Positions 39,544 through 48,406 of a stretch of DNA of 64,000 bases are shown piece after piece (positions within the stretch are counted from its first letter, which is position 1; each line of letters begins with the position of its first letter). The stretch lies in IMG/VR virus record IMGVR_UViG_3300027796_000194. One strand, given 5' to 3'. The DNA is from an uncultured virus (IMG/VR IMGVR_UViG_3300027796_000194). Taxonomy: Duplodnaviria > Heunggongvirae > Uroviricota > Caudoviricetes. A program made the translations under genes and the position numbers. The notes beneath the pieces are model-generated. The model saw only the letters and a list, made by a program, of their open reading frames with translations, did not search any database and had not been told where the DNA came from.

Positions 39544-40569
39544 ATGGCCTTACGCTTTCTCGACGGGTTCGATCATTACACCACGGCGGCATCATTCGGT
39601 TACAAATATAACACCTATACAATCTCAGCAGTGCCAACCGCAGGGCGGCGCAGCGGGAGCAACGCCGCAAGACTTGGAAACTATGGCGGCGACTACATTA
39701 TGAAAACGTTAGACGATCAAACGACATGGATCGTTGGATTTGCCTATAAGCGCGAAGCTGCCGGAAATTCAGAGCTACCCCTTGTTCAGCTTAGGGACAG
39801 CTCAGGATCCATACAAATTGGCCTTTATATGCATTGCATCGATGGTCTTTTAAGGCTCTGGCGAGGAGATATGTCGACCTTGCTTGCAACGTCATCTTCG
39901 GCCATTCCGCTCAACACTTGGTGCTACATCGAACTAAAAACATTCATCAACGATACGACCGGAACGCTTGAACTTCGTGTTAATGGCACGACCGTCGCGA
40001 CCTACACGGGCGACACCAAACAATCGTCCTCGCTCAACACAGCTCGCACAATCCGTCTTGCTGGTGGGGTTTATTCAAACGCCTATGGCTATATCGACGA
40101 TCTCTATGTTTGCGACGGCACAGGCACGACCAATATCGACTTCCTCGGCGATTGTCGCGTGGACACGCTTTATCCGAACGGGGTCGGCAACAGTGCCCAG
40201 TTCACGCCGACAGGCAGCGCGACCAACTGGGAAAACGTGGATGAAATCCCGTCGGACGAAGACACAAGCTATAACGCCAGCGGCACAGCGGGAGCCATAG
40301 ACAGCTTTGCCTTCACGGACGCGACGATCTTGAACGCCTCGGTCTTCGGCGTACAGGCGAACATTCTGGCAAGAAAAGACGATGCGGGATCTCGGACGCT
40401 TCGAGCCATAGCGCGTGTCAACAGCACGAACTACGAAGGGAGCGACCAATCCCTTGGAGACACCTATCTCAATCAACAACAAATCTGGGCGCTCAATCCG
40501 GCCACGTCCGCAAGCTGGACGGAAGCCGACATTAACGCCGCAGAGTTTGGTTACAAGGTGCAAGCCTAA
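39544..40569 (+). CDS. Virion protein with ConA/LamG-like beta-sandwich (possible receptor binding)
   Basis: 'FLDGFDHY', 'WCYIELK...ELRVNG', 'IDDLYVCD'. Confidence 0.7.
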   Translation: MALRFLDGFDHYTTAASFGYKYNTYTISAVPTAGRRSGSNAARLGNYGGDYIMKTLDDQTTWIVGFAYKREAAGNSELPLVQLRDSSGSIQIGLYMHCIDGLLRLWRGDMSTLLATSSSAIPLNTWCYIELKTFINDTTGTLELRVNGTTVATYTGDTKQSSSLNTARTIRLAGGVYSNAYGYIDDLYVCDGTGTTNIDFLGDCRVDTLYPNGVGNSAQFTPTGSATNWENVDEIPSDEDTSYNASGTAGAIDSFAFTDATILNASVFGVQANILARKDDAGSRTLRAIARVNSTNYEGSDQSLGDTYLNQQQIWALNPATSASWTEADINAAEFGYKVQA

Positions 40570-40778
40570 TGTTGCGCGTAACGCAAAACGCCATCGAAGT
40601 CGTTCGCAAACCGACGACAGCCGATCTGCGCATCACGGCCTACGCGGCGGAAGTTCTGCGCCGCCCAGCCGCGCCCCACGTTTGCGCCAGCCAGATCGCC
40701 GTCGAAATCCTGCGTGCCAATGCAGCCATCCCTTCCGGCAATAGCCAACAGCCCCTCATCATTATCGTCGCGGGATAA
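40569..40778 (+). CDS. Small virion-associated protein with three 'EV(L/V)R'-like repeats
   Basis: Coupled start. Repeats 'QNAIEVVR', 'YAAEVLR', 'QIAVEILR'. Confidence 0.6.
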   Translation: MLRVTQNAIEVVRKPTTADLRITAYAAEVLRRPAAPHVCASQIAVEILRANAAIPSGNSQQPLIIIVAG

Positions 40779-40839
40779 GCCCATGACAAAAACCCAAGCG
40801 CAACCCGTTTTCGAAGAACGGGAACAGGAGAACACGCCC

Positions 40840-41085
40840 ATGAGTCCGAACGAGCAGATCGAATACTTCCGTAGCATCGGGCGGCTGGAAGCGCAAGTCG
40901 CCAGCCTTATCGCTGCCGTGTCCGAACTCAAAACCAAGGTGGATGGAATCGATACGCGCCTCGATCAACTCGACCGCTTGGCGAACCGCTGGAAAGGCGG
41001 CTTCGCCGTCATCCTGACGCTGGGCGCGGTGAGCGGCTTTGTTCTCGATAACGTCATCCGCTGGCTTATGTCGCGTCCATCTTAA
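40840..41085 (+). CDS. Holin-like (XhlA-type) coiled-coil plus TM protein
   Basis: AGGAG SD, coiled coil, C-terminal TM. Alternative start at 40783. Confidence 0.6.
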   Translation: MSPNEQIEYFRSIGRLEAQVASLIAAVSELKTKVDGIDTRLDQLDRLANRWKGGFAVILTLGAVSGFVLDNVIRWLMSRPS

Positions 41086-41194
41086 CAGCTTGTAAACACG
41101 ACCAAAAACAGCCTCAAAGACCTCGTATCTTATTGATATTGCTGGCTCTTTATGCTATAATGATCGGATAATAAAGCGGCGGTTTTTTCAACTT

Positions 41195-41506
41195 ATGGAG
41201 GCAAAGATGGAAAGCAGAATTTACAAAAACCCCAGCACCTATGACATCAAAAACAAGGGGTGTGGTTCTGAAGAGATTGAAGTCCTTTGCGACATTTTTG
41301 AAAGCCTGATGATGCAGCAAACAGGCAAAATGCTTCGCAAGGCGGTCTATAATCTCAAAGATTTTGAAAGTGCCGAGCAATTAGAAATCGACGCATTCAC
41401 CCTGACGTTAGAGCGTCACGATCATCCAGACCAAGATGAATGGCAAGGTCTTTTTGAGGCCAACAACCGCACCCTAGAGGTCTGGGGAACGGTAGAAGAA
41501 ACCTAA
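41195..41506 (+). CDS. Hypothetical moron protein
   Basis: 103-aa acidic ORF with its own TG-n-TATAAT element near 41153-41161. Confidence 0.6.
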   Translation: MEAKMESRIYKNPSTYDIKNKGCGSEEIEVLCDIFESLMMQQTGKMLRKAVYNLKDFESAEQLEIDAFTLTLERHDHPDQDEWQGLFEANNRTLEVWGTVEET

Positions 41507-42459
41507 TCCGCCACTTTGTATGTAAAGAGTGGGCGGAAAGCCCTATCGAATTTTTCCAGCTTATCTTGCATCCATGCGAATTGTTCCGGCCATGCCTTTT
41601 CGTCATTCGGGTCAACGGACGTATAAAGTTGAACACGTGAAGACTTATTGTCCGGCATCTCGCGCCATTCCATTTCCTCCCCGACAATCGCCTCGATAGT
41701 TTCTTTTTGTTTTATAAGCTCTGCAAAAAGTTCCTTCGCGTTATCTGAATTAATGGTTAGGCCAACGCCGATTCTGTTGTCCTTTGCAATAAGAAGGGCT
41801 GATGTGTGGGCACGGCTTGTCCCAATTCCGAAACTGTACCAGTGATCCCGCGACGGTTTTTGTGGACGCAGTTTGCTCTTTTGCTGATGCAAAAAGGCGC
41901 GGAAGGCCGTCCAGTATTTTAAGCGAAGGTTCTGTGTTGGCGTAGCGTCCTCGGATATGGCCTCGGCGGCATGCCGCACTGTGTTTTCCCAATCATTGGG
42001 TTCGCAGATAACATTAAAACGCGGGGCGGCAGGAGAGTCGCCTATTTTCCAAAGTTCAATCTCCAACCCAAAGAAACGAACAGAGCTGTCCGTCATCTGA
42101 TTGAGCCAATCCAAAGCGGCACGATGCTCCTCGCTAAAGTCAGCCGAGATCCAAACGATTGTTTGCGCCTTTAATCCGGCGGCATAGGTCAAGAGCTGGC
42201 CCAGATGTTTGTGATCAGTTTTTTCGATCTGGTTTTCGATCACAACCCAGCTGTCTTTCTCGGCTGTGTTCTTACACAAAAGATCGGCGCGGAACGGCCC
42301 AACGTCTTTCTCTTGGGCTTCAAGTTCCAGCTCCATTCCAAGAGTATCGCCCAAAATTTCGAGATTCTCCGGCTGCGCCAACCAAGGCGTGAAGTGCCGA
42401 TCTTCGCTTGTCCAAATTGACCGCAGATCAACGCTCTCGATACGACCCAGCTTTTCCAT
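41503..42459 (-). CDS. DUF4268 domain protein with N-terminal PD-(D/E)XK nuclease-like domain
   Basis: 'FTPWLA', 'RADLLC...VVIENQ...DHKHLGQLLTYAAG', C-terminal 'LKYWTAF...WRE'. Confidence 0.8.
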   Translation of the reverse strand: MEKLGRIESVDLRSIWTSEDRHFTPWLAQPENLEILGDTLGMELELEAQEKDVGPFRADLLCKNTAEKDSWVVIENQIEKTDHKHLGQLLTYAAGLKAQTIVWISADFSEEHRAALDWLNQMTDSSVRFFGLEIELWKIGDSPAAPRFNVICEPNDWENTVRHAAEAISEDATPTQNLRLKYWTAFRAFLHQQKSKLRPQKPSRDHWYSFGIGTSRAHTSALLIAKDNRIGVGLTINSDNAKELFAELIKQKETIEAIVGEEMEWREMPDNKSSRVQLYTSVDPNDEKAWPEQFAWMQDKLEKFDRAFRPLFTYKVAD

Positions 42460-42490
42460 TTTTCAGCCTTTAACAACAGGAGGTTAACCT

Positions 42491-43156
42491 ATGACGAATC
42501 AAGAAAAACTATCACGAGGCATCCGTAACAACAACCCCGGCAACCTACGCCGGACGGATGATCCGTGGCAGGGCTTGGCCAAGACCCAAACGGATACGGC
42601 CTTTTTCGTGTTTCAAACCCCAATTTATGGCATCCGCGCGTTGGCTCGGACGCTTATCAAATATCAGGACAAGCATGGTCTGAAAAGCATTCGCCAGATC
42701 ATCGGTCGGTGGGCACCCAGCACTGAAAACGATACCGTGGCCTATATTAAGGCCGTTTCTGAAGAGGCCTGTTTTGCGCCGGACGTTGTGCTGGATATGC
42801 ACAAATACGAACATCTGAAAGCAGTCGTCACGGCCATCATCCACCATGAAAACGGGCAACAGCCTTACACAGCCGCGCAAATTGACAAGGCGTTGGTTCT
42901 GGCTGGCATAGAGCCTCCGACCAAGAGCCTACAGCAAACGCGCACAGTCAAGGGCGGACAAGCGGCTACGGCGGCAACGGTGGGGCTTGGAGCCATCGAG
43001 GCCGTTAATAGCGCCATCACCCCAGCTCGCGACAGCCTTCAAATGCTGGTTCCTTATTTGGACATCGCTAAGTGGCTTTTGCTGGCCGTCACACTCATCG
43101 GTGTTGGAGCCATGATCTGGGCGCGGATCGACGACCACAGGAAAGGGCTGCGCTAA
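42491..43156 (+). CDS. Endolysin-like lysozyme-fold protein with C-terminal TM segments
   Basis: 'RGIRNNNPGNLR', 'GIRALARTL', 'RWAPSTENDT..Y', 'IIHHENG'. Confidence 0.8.
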   Translation: MTNQEKLSRGIRNNNPGNLRRTDDPWQGLAKTQTDTAFFVFQTPIYGIRALARTLIKYQDKHGLKSIRQIIGRWAPSTENDTVAYIKAVSEEACFAPDVVLDMHKYEHLKAVVTAIIHHENGQQPYTAAQIDKALVLAGIEPPTKSLQQTRTVKGGQAATAATVGLGAIEAVNSAITPARDSLQMLVPYLDIAKWLLLAVTLIGVGAMIWARIDDHRKGLR

Positions 43157-43395
43157 TGTGGACGCTCCTGACAAGCTGGTTATCCAGCAATCTCATTAAA
43201 ATCATTGGTTGGGGCGCATTAGCCCTGTCCGTCCTCGCCATTCTGCTCGGCGCAAAGCAATCAGGCCGCACAGCCGAACGCTATGACCAACTCAAAAAAA
43301 TAGTAGAGGTAAAAGATGCTCAACTTCGTGCAACGATGGACGCTCCTCGCACTCGCGCTGACCTTGCTAAACGCCTGCATGATGGGAAGCTCTAA
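43156..43395 (+). CDS. i-spanin (Rz-like)
   Basis: N-terminal TM and helical tail, directly after the endolysin. Confidence 0.6.
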   Translation: MWTLLTSWLSSNLIKIIGWGALALSVLAILLGAKQSGRTAERYDQLKKIVEVKDAQLRATMDAPRTRADLAKRLHDGKL

Positions 43396-43549
43396 CGCAC
43401 CTTCCGCCTGTCCACCGATCAAGGAATACAGCAGAGCGTTTCAAAACAGGCTGGCGGCAGAAATTGAGGCCGCACCTGAGGATGCAGCGTTCGCGGAAGC
43501 ATTAAAAGATTATGCTGTGCTTCGTGATCAAGTTCGTGCCTGCAGATGA
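43316..43549 (+). CDS. o-spanin (Rz1-like) lipoprotein
   Basis: Lipobox 'LNAC'. Overlaps the i-spanin in another frame. Confidence 0.6.
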   Translation: MLNFVQRWTLLALALTLLNACMMGSSNAPSACPPIKEYSRAFQNRLAAEIEAAPEDAAFAEALKDYAVLRDQVRACR

Positions 43550-43629
43550 CAATGCGAATTTTGTTTTTCTGAATTGAGAAAAAATAACGGCGGTCATATA
43601 TTACTTTGAAACTAACAAAGGAATCCCTC

Positions 43630-43974
43630 ATGCAAAGCGAGCAAATGAAACGCAAACAAGTATCGGAGTACGACATCGTCTCTATGCGTGCTCAAGCCAT
43701 AGGATTTAGGATAAAGGCTGAAAGTCCTGAAAATGCCCTTAAAAGGCTTCAGGCACGGAATAAAACGCATCTCACGCCTGACGTGCCGGAAAACGCAAGA
43801 GTCATCACCTCCACATGGCCTGATCCAAGCGAACACGGCGAAGCATGGCTTATCCGTGGCGGCGATCTTCCCCAAGACCCGACTGGAAAAACCGTCCTTG
43901 CATGGGACGGCGAAAAGATCGTAAGGCAAGAATTGCCTGAAGGCTTTACAGAAGCCCTTCTTTTTGGGGATTAG
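43630..43974 (+). CDS. Hypothetical protein
   Basis: ORF after the lysis cassette. Start uncertain. Confidence 0.5.
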   Translation: MQSEQMKRKQVSEYDIVSMRAQAIGFRIKAESPENALKRLQARNKTHLTPDVPENARVITSTWPDPSEHGEAWLIRGGDLPQDPTGKTVLAWDGEKIVRQELPEGFTEALLFGD

Positions 43975-43989
43975 ATTCAAGTCACCGAG

Positions 43990-46900
43990 TTACATAAAAT
44001 CAAGATTATCCCAAGAACCGCGCCGTCTTCTGTGTCCCCCTCTGAGGATAGGCTCATATTCAGAAAAGGACGAAGGAAAGATAGGCATAAAGAAACACAT
44101 CGACGAACCGCCGCCACCCGCGCTGCCGCCCGAACCTACGCTCATGCTCGTAACTTGGGCGGCTGCTATTGTAAAATCCTCTCTTTTCTCTTCTTGCTTC
44201 GTTTCAGAAGAAGCAGAAGCCGAGGATGTTTCAACTTCAGCGGTAGATCTGGAACTATCGTCAACAGTTTGCTGCACGGCCTGTTGAACGGCAGGCTCTT
44301 CCTCCTGGTCTGATGATTTGCCCGCATTCTGCGATCCGGAAGGTGCTTCCTCCTCATCAGCCTGACTCTCAACCGTTTCGAGAACTTCGTTCTTGTCAGA
44401 AGATACGGGGGGATCGCCTTGCGTCGCAAGTTCGGCGGATTCCTCTTGAGAACTTTGCCCCATTGCCATGTTATCTTCCAATTGTACGGCAGCATCAGTG
44501 CCTTCTTCATAACCTGCATCAGCGGCCAAGTTTGTCTGCTTATCCCCAGAAAGAGCCTGATCTGCGACGTTGTTTTCTTGGGCTTCCTCAACTGTCGTCA
44601 CAGAAGCGTTTTGTCCAACCGTATCGGATAAATTAGCTGTTTCATCCGCTTGCTCAACCGCGTCCGTAGCTTGGGCCATTTCCGCTGTTTGTTGTTGAAT
44701 GTTATCTTCCGAGGCTACATGTTCTGCTGTTTCATTCCCATCGAGCGCGGGTTCGGTTTGGGCAGCATCGGTGGCCGAATGGGCAATCTCCGCCTTTAAT
44801 TCTGCGATTTCGGCTTGATGGCTTTCGTAGGTTCTTTCATAAGTCGCCGCCTCATTAGGGGACAGCTCTTCCATTCCATCTTTCAGAAGCTGGGAGGAGT
44901 ATTCCAGTTGCTCAAGCTTTTTTTCTGCGGCGGTCTTCTCGGTGTTCTCGTCCAAAGCAAAAAAATCTGCTTTATCTTGAAGCGAAGATTCGTTTTGCTC
45001 AGCTTGAGCCACATCCTCTGTGGCAGCGATTTCCTGAACATCGTTTTGAAGCGCTTTCTCGGCTTCAGTTCCTTCCGCTGTGGCAAGAGCGGCTTCTTCC
45101 ACCAACTGAGGCTTCTCGCTCGTTTGTTCCGTTTGGCTTGCCGTGATTTCCTTCGCGGCAGCAACCTCTTCAGTATCCAAATTTTGAGCCGTTGCATCTT
45201 CGGCAAGTGCGGCTTTTTCTTCTTCCGTCAGTTGGGCTTCCTCGTTCGCCTGTTCTGCCTGTTTGGCCGTAAGCTCCTGCGCGGCAGCTTTTTCCTCCGC
45301 CTCAATGGTTTCGGGCGTTGCCTCTTCTGTAAGTTCGGCTCTTGCTTTTTGAGCTTCCGCCGCTTTTTCTTCAGCAACGGCTTCGGCCTGCTGGGCTTCT
45401 TCCGTTTTTAGCGCGGCATCCTCTTTGGCCTCTACCGCTTCTTCGGCCTTTTGTTTGGCAACCTCTTTGGCCTCTTTAGCTTCCTCGGCCTTTTGGTCAG
45501 CCTCAGCTCTAGCTTCTTCTGCTTCTGTCGTTTTCTGTTTTGCTTCCTCTTGCGCCTGCAGAAACTCTTTGGTTTCTTGCTCTTCTTCAGTCGCCTGTTT
45601 GACGACTTCTTCCGCCTTTTGGGCTTCTTCCTCTTTTTCTAGGGCAATCTCCTCAGCCTTTTCCGCTTCCTTGGCTTTCTGTTGCGCTATTTCTTCGGCC
45701 TCAAGGGCTTCTTCTTCCTTCTTCTCCGCAAGCGCTTCGGCTTTTTGCGCCTCTTGCGATTTTTGCTGCGATTCCTGTTCCGCTAGTTCGGCCACTTCTT
45801 CCTTTTGCTGGACGGCTTCTTCGGCTTTTTTAGCTTCCTCGGCCTGTTGCGCTTCTTCTTGGGCGCGTTGTTCCTCAAGCGCCTTTTGTTCTTCTTCCTG
45901 ACGGCGGGCTTCTTCCTCTTTGAGGGCTGCTTCAGCCGCAAGCGCAGCGGCTTCGGCCTGCTGTTGTTCAGGCAAAATGGTTTCGACGATCTCTTGGGCC
46001 GCTTCGGCCTCGGCGGCGGTGCGGGCGATCTCCGCATTTAATTCCGCAATCTCAGCTTGATTCTTCTCGCAAACCCTTTCGTTAACCGCCGCCTCGTTAG
46101 GGGGCAGGTCTTCCATTTGGTCTTTCAAGAGCTGGGTGGAATATTCCAATCGCTCAATTCTCTCCGCCGCAGCCGCCGCTGTTTGCTCGGCAATCTGTGC
46201 CTTTTCATCGGCAAGAGCTTGGGCTTGCTCCAGTTCGGTTGTCTTCTGATCCGCCAAGGCGCGGGCTTCAGCGGCTTCTTGGTTTAGAACCTCTAATCTG
46301 TTTTCAGCTTCTTGTTGTTTTTCTAAAGCGTGCTTTTCTTTTTCTAATCTTACAGCTTCTTTTGCCTCCTCAACTAGTTCATGTATTTTTTTGTTGGCAT
46401 CAGGTGTCCCTATCTCAAGTGCTGCTCCTTCGAGATGCGCCTCAAGTATCCTTTTCTTGCTAGATTCGTCTAAACACACGTCTTGATCTACAATATCTGC
46501 ACCAACCTGATGCAGATAGTTGCTGACCACACCATTTATTTCGAGTTCTTTCTCCTGTTCCGGCGTGAATTGTGGGGCAGGGTATCCATTCTTTTCAGCG
46601 TCCTCATTTGCTGCACGTTCAATTTCTTGAGTTTTCTCGTAGATATAGTGAGTCATCTTGCCGTACTCCACCATATCTTCTTGCTCAAATCTAAACTCAG
46701 CAACGTGGCCGTTGCTGAGCCGGATCGTCATATTTACATCACGAAAGCCACTTTCGGTTGGGGTGGCAAAACGGTCTTTCAAGCTTGTGACATCATATTC
46801 GTCGGACATTTTTTGGGCATAGTCGCGGACGATTTGAACTTCCTCTAACGGACCAACAATTATTCTGCCGCGGATGATGTCAGTTATACGAGAACAAACC

Positions 46901-47112
46901 CCCTCGTAGTCTCCTTCAACCTTTTCTATGATGCGATTTTCGGCTTTCTCATTTATTTCTACAGTTGCGCTGTTAAAAAGATCTGGGTGAGCCTCCTTAA
47001 GATCTGAAAAGATGTTATGCACAACTTCTTGAAACTCAGGAAGAGCTTCCTTTCCTTGAGCAATTAATTCTTGCAGGCTAAAATTGGGGTTCTGCTTATA
47101 ATAGTCCGCCAT
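43990..47112 (-). CDS. RelA/SpoT-type small alarmone synthetase-like domain fused to a long acidic coiled-coil stalk
   Basis: 'KAENRIIEK..GDY', 'TDIIRGRII', 'KDRF..P..SGFRD', 'NGHVAEFR', 'HYIYEK', followed by ~750 aa rich in E/A/K/Q and an Arg-rich C-terminus. Confidence 0.8.
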   Translation of the reverse strand: MADYYKQNPNFSLQELIAQGKEALPEFQEVVHNIFSDLKEAHPDLFNSATVEINEKAENRIIEKVEGDYEGVCSRITDIIRGRIIVGPLEEVQIVRDYAQKMSDEYDVTSLKDRFATPTESGFRDVNMTIRLSNGHVAEFRFEQEDMVEYGKMTHYIYEKTQEIERAANEDAEKNGYPAPQFTPEQEKELEINGVVSNYLHQVGADIVDQDVCLDESSKKRILEAHLEGAALEIGTPDANKKIHELVEEAKEAVRLEKEKHALEKQQEAENRLEVLNQEAAEARALADQKTTELEQAQALADEKAQIAEQTAAAAAERIERLEYSTQLLKDQMEDLPPNEAAVNERVCEKNQAEIAELNAEIARTAAEAEAAQEIVETILPEQQQAEAAALAAEAALKEEEARRQEEEQKALEEQRAQEEAQQAEEAKKAEEAVQQKEEVAELAEQESQQKSQEAQKAEALAEKKEEEALEAEEIAQQKAKEAEKAEEIALEKEEEAQKAEEVVKQATEEEQETKEFLQAQEEAKQKTTEAEEARAEADQKAEEAKEAKEVAKQKAEEAVEAKEDAALKTEEAQQAEAVAEEKAAEAQKARAELTEEATPETIEAEEKAAAQELTAKQAEQANEEAQLTEEEKAALAEDATAQNLDTEEVAAAKEITASQTEQTSEKPQLVEEAALATAEGTEAEKALQNDVQEIAATEDVAQAEQNESSLQDKADFFALDENTEKTAAEKKLEQLEYSSQLLKDGMEELSPNEAATYERTYESHQAEIAELKAEIAHSATDAAQTEPALDGNETAEHVASEDNIQQQTAEMAQATDAVEQADETANLSDTVGQNASVTTVEEAQENNVADQALSGDKQTNLAADAGYEEGTDAAVQLEDNMAMGQSSQEESAELATQGDPPVSSDKNEVLETVESQADEEEAPSGSQNAGKSSDQEEEPAVQQAVQQTVDDSSRSTAEVETSSASASSETKQEEKREDFTIAAAQVTSMSVGSGGSAGGGGSSMCFFMPIFPSSFSEYEPILRGGHRRRRGSWDNLDFM

Positions 47113-47150
47113 TTTGTCCTCAGCTTAAATTCAAATCACACTATATAAAC

Positions 47151-47453
47151 TTAATCATTTTTAAATTCAGATCTTGGAAGATGCTTGCGTCTGTTCGACA
47201 TGTAATCACGAACAAGATCCACGAATTCTTCTTTTGTAACAGATGTCACATCATCCTCTTTCCGGATCACAGACAGCATATGAATGTTAGGCATCAGAAC
47301 CCCGTCTTTCTTGTGATCTGGGCACTCAGCAAATATTTTTAATTTACGTTTATTGATTGTAACTCTAACGGGTATGATGGACCCCACACAGTAATATTTG
47401 TAATTTCCATCGGCTTCCGGTGAAGGGGAGATATAGGGTTTTTCTTCAGTCAT
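47151..47453 (-). CDS. Putative immunity/antitoxin protein
   Basis: 100 aa, 'YKYYCVGSIIPVRV...LSVI....V..VTKEEF'. Directly upstream of the synthetase. Paralogue of the N-terminus of the next gene. Confidence 0.65.
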   Translation of the reverse strand: MTEEKPYISPSPEADGNYKYYCVGSIIPVRVTINKRKLKIFAECPDHKKDGVLMPNIHMLSVIRKEDDVTSVTKEEFVDLVRDYMSNRRKHLPRSEFKND

Positions 47454-47501
47454 TGTCTTCTACCTTTCTGGTTATTGCATTCGAGTTTCCGAAAGCCGAG
47501 T

Positions 47502-48395
47502 TTATTTCACAGCACGCCAATGTGTACAACGAATGTCATCTCTTATTTTTACAACTATCTTTTTCTTTTCCGGCGTCAGCTCTTTGCCAAGATTGTTGCT
47601 TTCAAGGTCTTGCGCGATTTCATGAGGTAAACTCGTCAGTTTTCGTGCGGACATCATTTTTGTATATTCGATGCGAAATTCTGCTACATGCCCATTTTTC
47701 AATTTCACGTTCGTCAATACATCGCGATAAAGGTCATTCGCTGGCGTCTCAAAGCGATTCCTAATCCTTACAAGATTAAGAGCCTCTGCATATTTTTTGA
47801 TGTATTCTATGGCAAGGCCAACTTCTTCAGCTGTGTTCACAACGATCCAACCACAGCATAGGTTTACGGCTCTCCACAGCTTTCCATCGTAGTCCCTTCG
47901 AAGTTTTGCCTCAGCTTTGCCTTTGTCCTTTAAGTTGGCCGTCTCAAATCTGGCGTCTTCAAACTTGCCTGGAAATTTTGTTCGAAGATCATCCAGAACA
48001 TTGTCACCAAACTGACTCAGAAGCGGGGTGGACTCGACGGCTTTAGCATACAACTCATCAAAATTTAGTTCTCGATTCTGAAAACAAGCGCTGTCCTCAA
48101 CGCGAGGGGTGTTTGACAAAGCCATTCTTTTGCAATAGGTGGCGTACCCCTCACAAAATCCGATAAAGTCCTCTTTTGTAATCTCATCAGCATATTCCTC
48201 CTTAAATATCATTGAGAGCATAGAATTGTTGACCTTCATTTGTCCCGGCATGCCATCGTTCGGCATTTCCGCAAGACACTCATGTTTGTTCTCATCAAGT
48301 TTAACCCGAACAGGCATATCTCCTGCGACCAGATAATACTTGTAATCTCCATCGGCTTCCGGTGGAGGGGCGATATAGTTCTTTTCTTCTGTCAT
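47502..48395 (-). CDS. Immunity-like domain fused to a degenerate RelA/SpoT domain
   Basis: N-terminus matches 47151-47453 at protein and DNA level. C-terminus 'RDYDG...NLCCGWIV...RNRFETP..LYRD..NVKLKNGHVAEFR' has the conserved Asp replaced by Asn. Confidence 0.75.
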   Translation of the reverse strand: MTEEKNYIAPPPEADGDYKYYLVAGDMPVRVKLDENKHECLAEMPNDGMPGQMKVNNSMLSMIFKEEYADEITKEDFIGFCEGYATYCKRMALSNTPRVEDSACFQNRELNFDELYAKAVESTPLLSQFGDNVLDDLRTKFPGKFEDARFETANLKDKGKAEAKLRRDYDGKLWRAVNLCCGWIVVNTAEEVGLAIEYIKKYAEALNLVRIRNRFETPANDLYRDVLTNVKLKNGHVAEFRIEYTKMMSARKLTSLPHEIAQDLESNNLGKELTPEKKKIVVKIRDDIRCTHWRAVK

Positions 48396-48406
48396 TTTTC
48401 CATTCC

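Noticed and set aside
22457..40563. Many long antisense or alternate-frame ORFs over structural genes (e.g. 25798-26805, 22998-23801, 31331-32044)
   Set aside because: They are shadow ORFs of GC-rich coding DNA with no recognisable motifs, unlike the dcm +1 frame.
44815..46463. Phe/Leu/Ser-rich plus-strand ORFs that look like membrane proteins
   Set aside because: They are the antisense read of the Glu/Lys/Ala-rich stalk.
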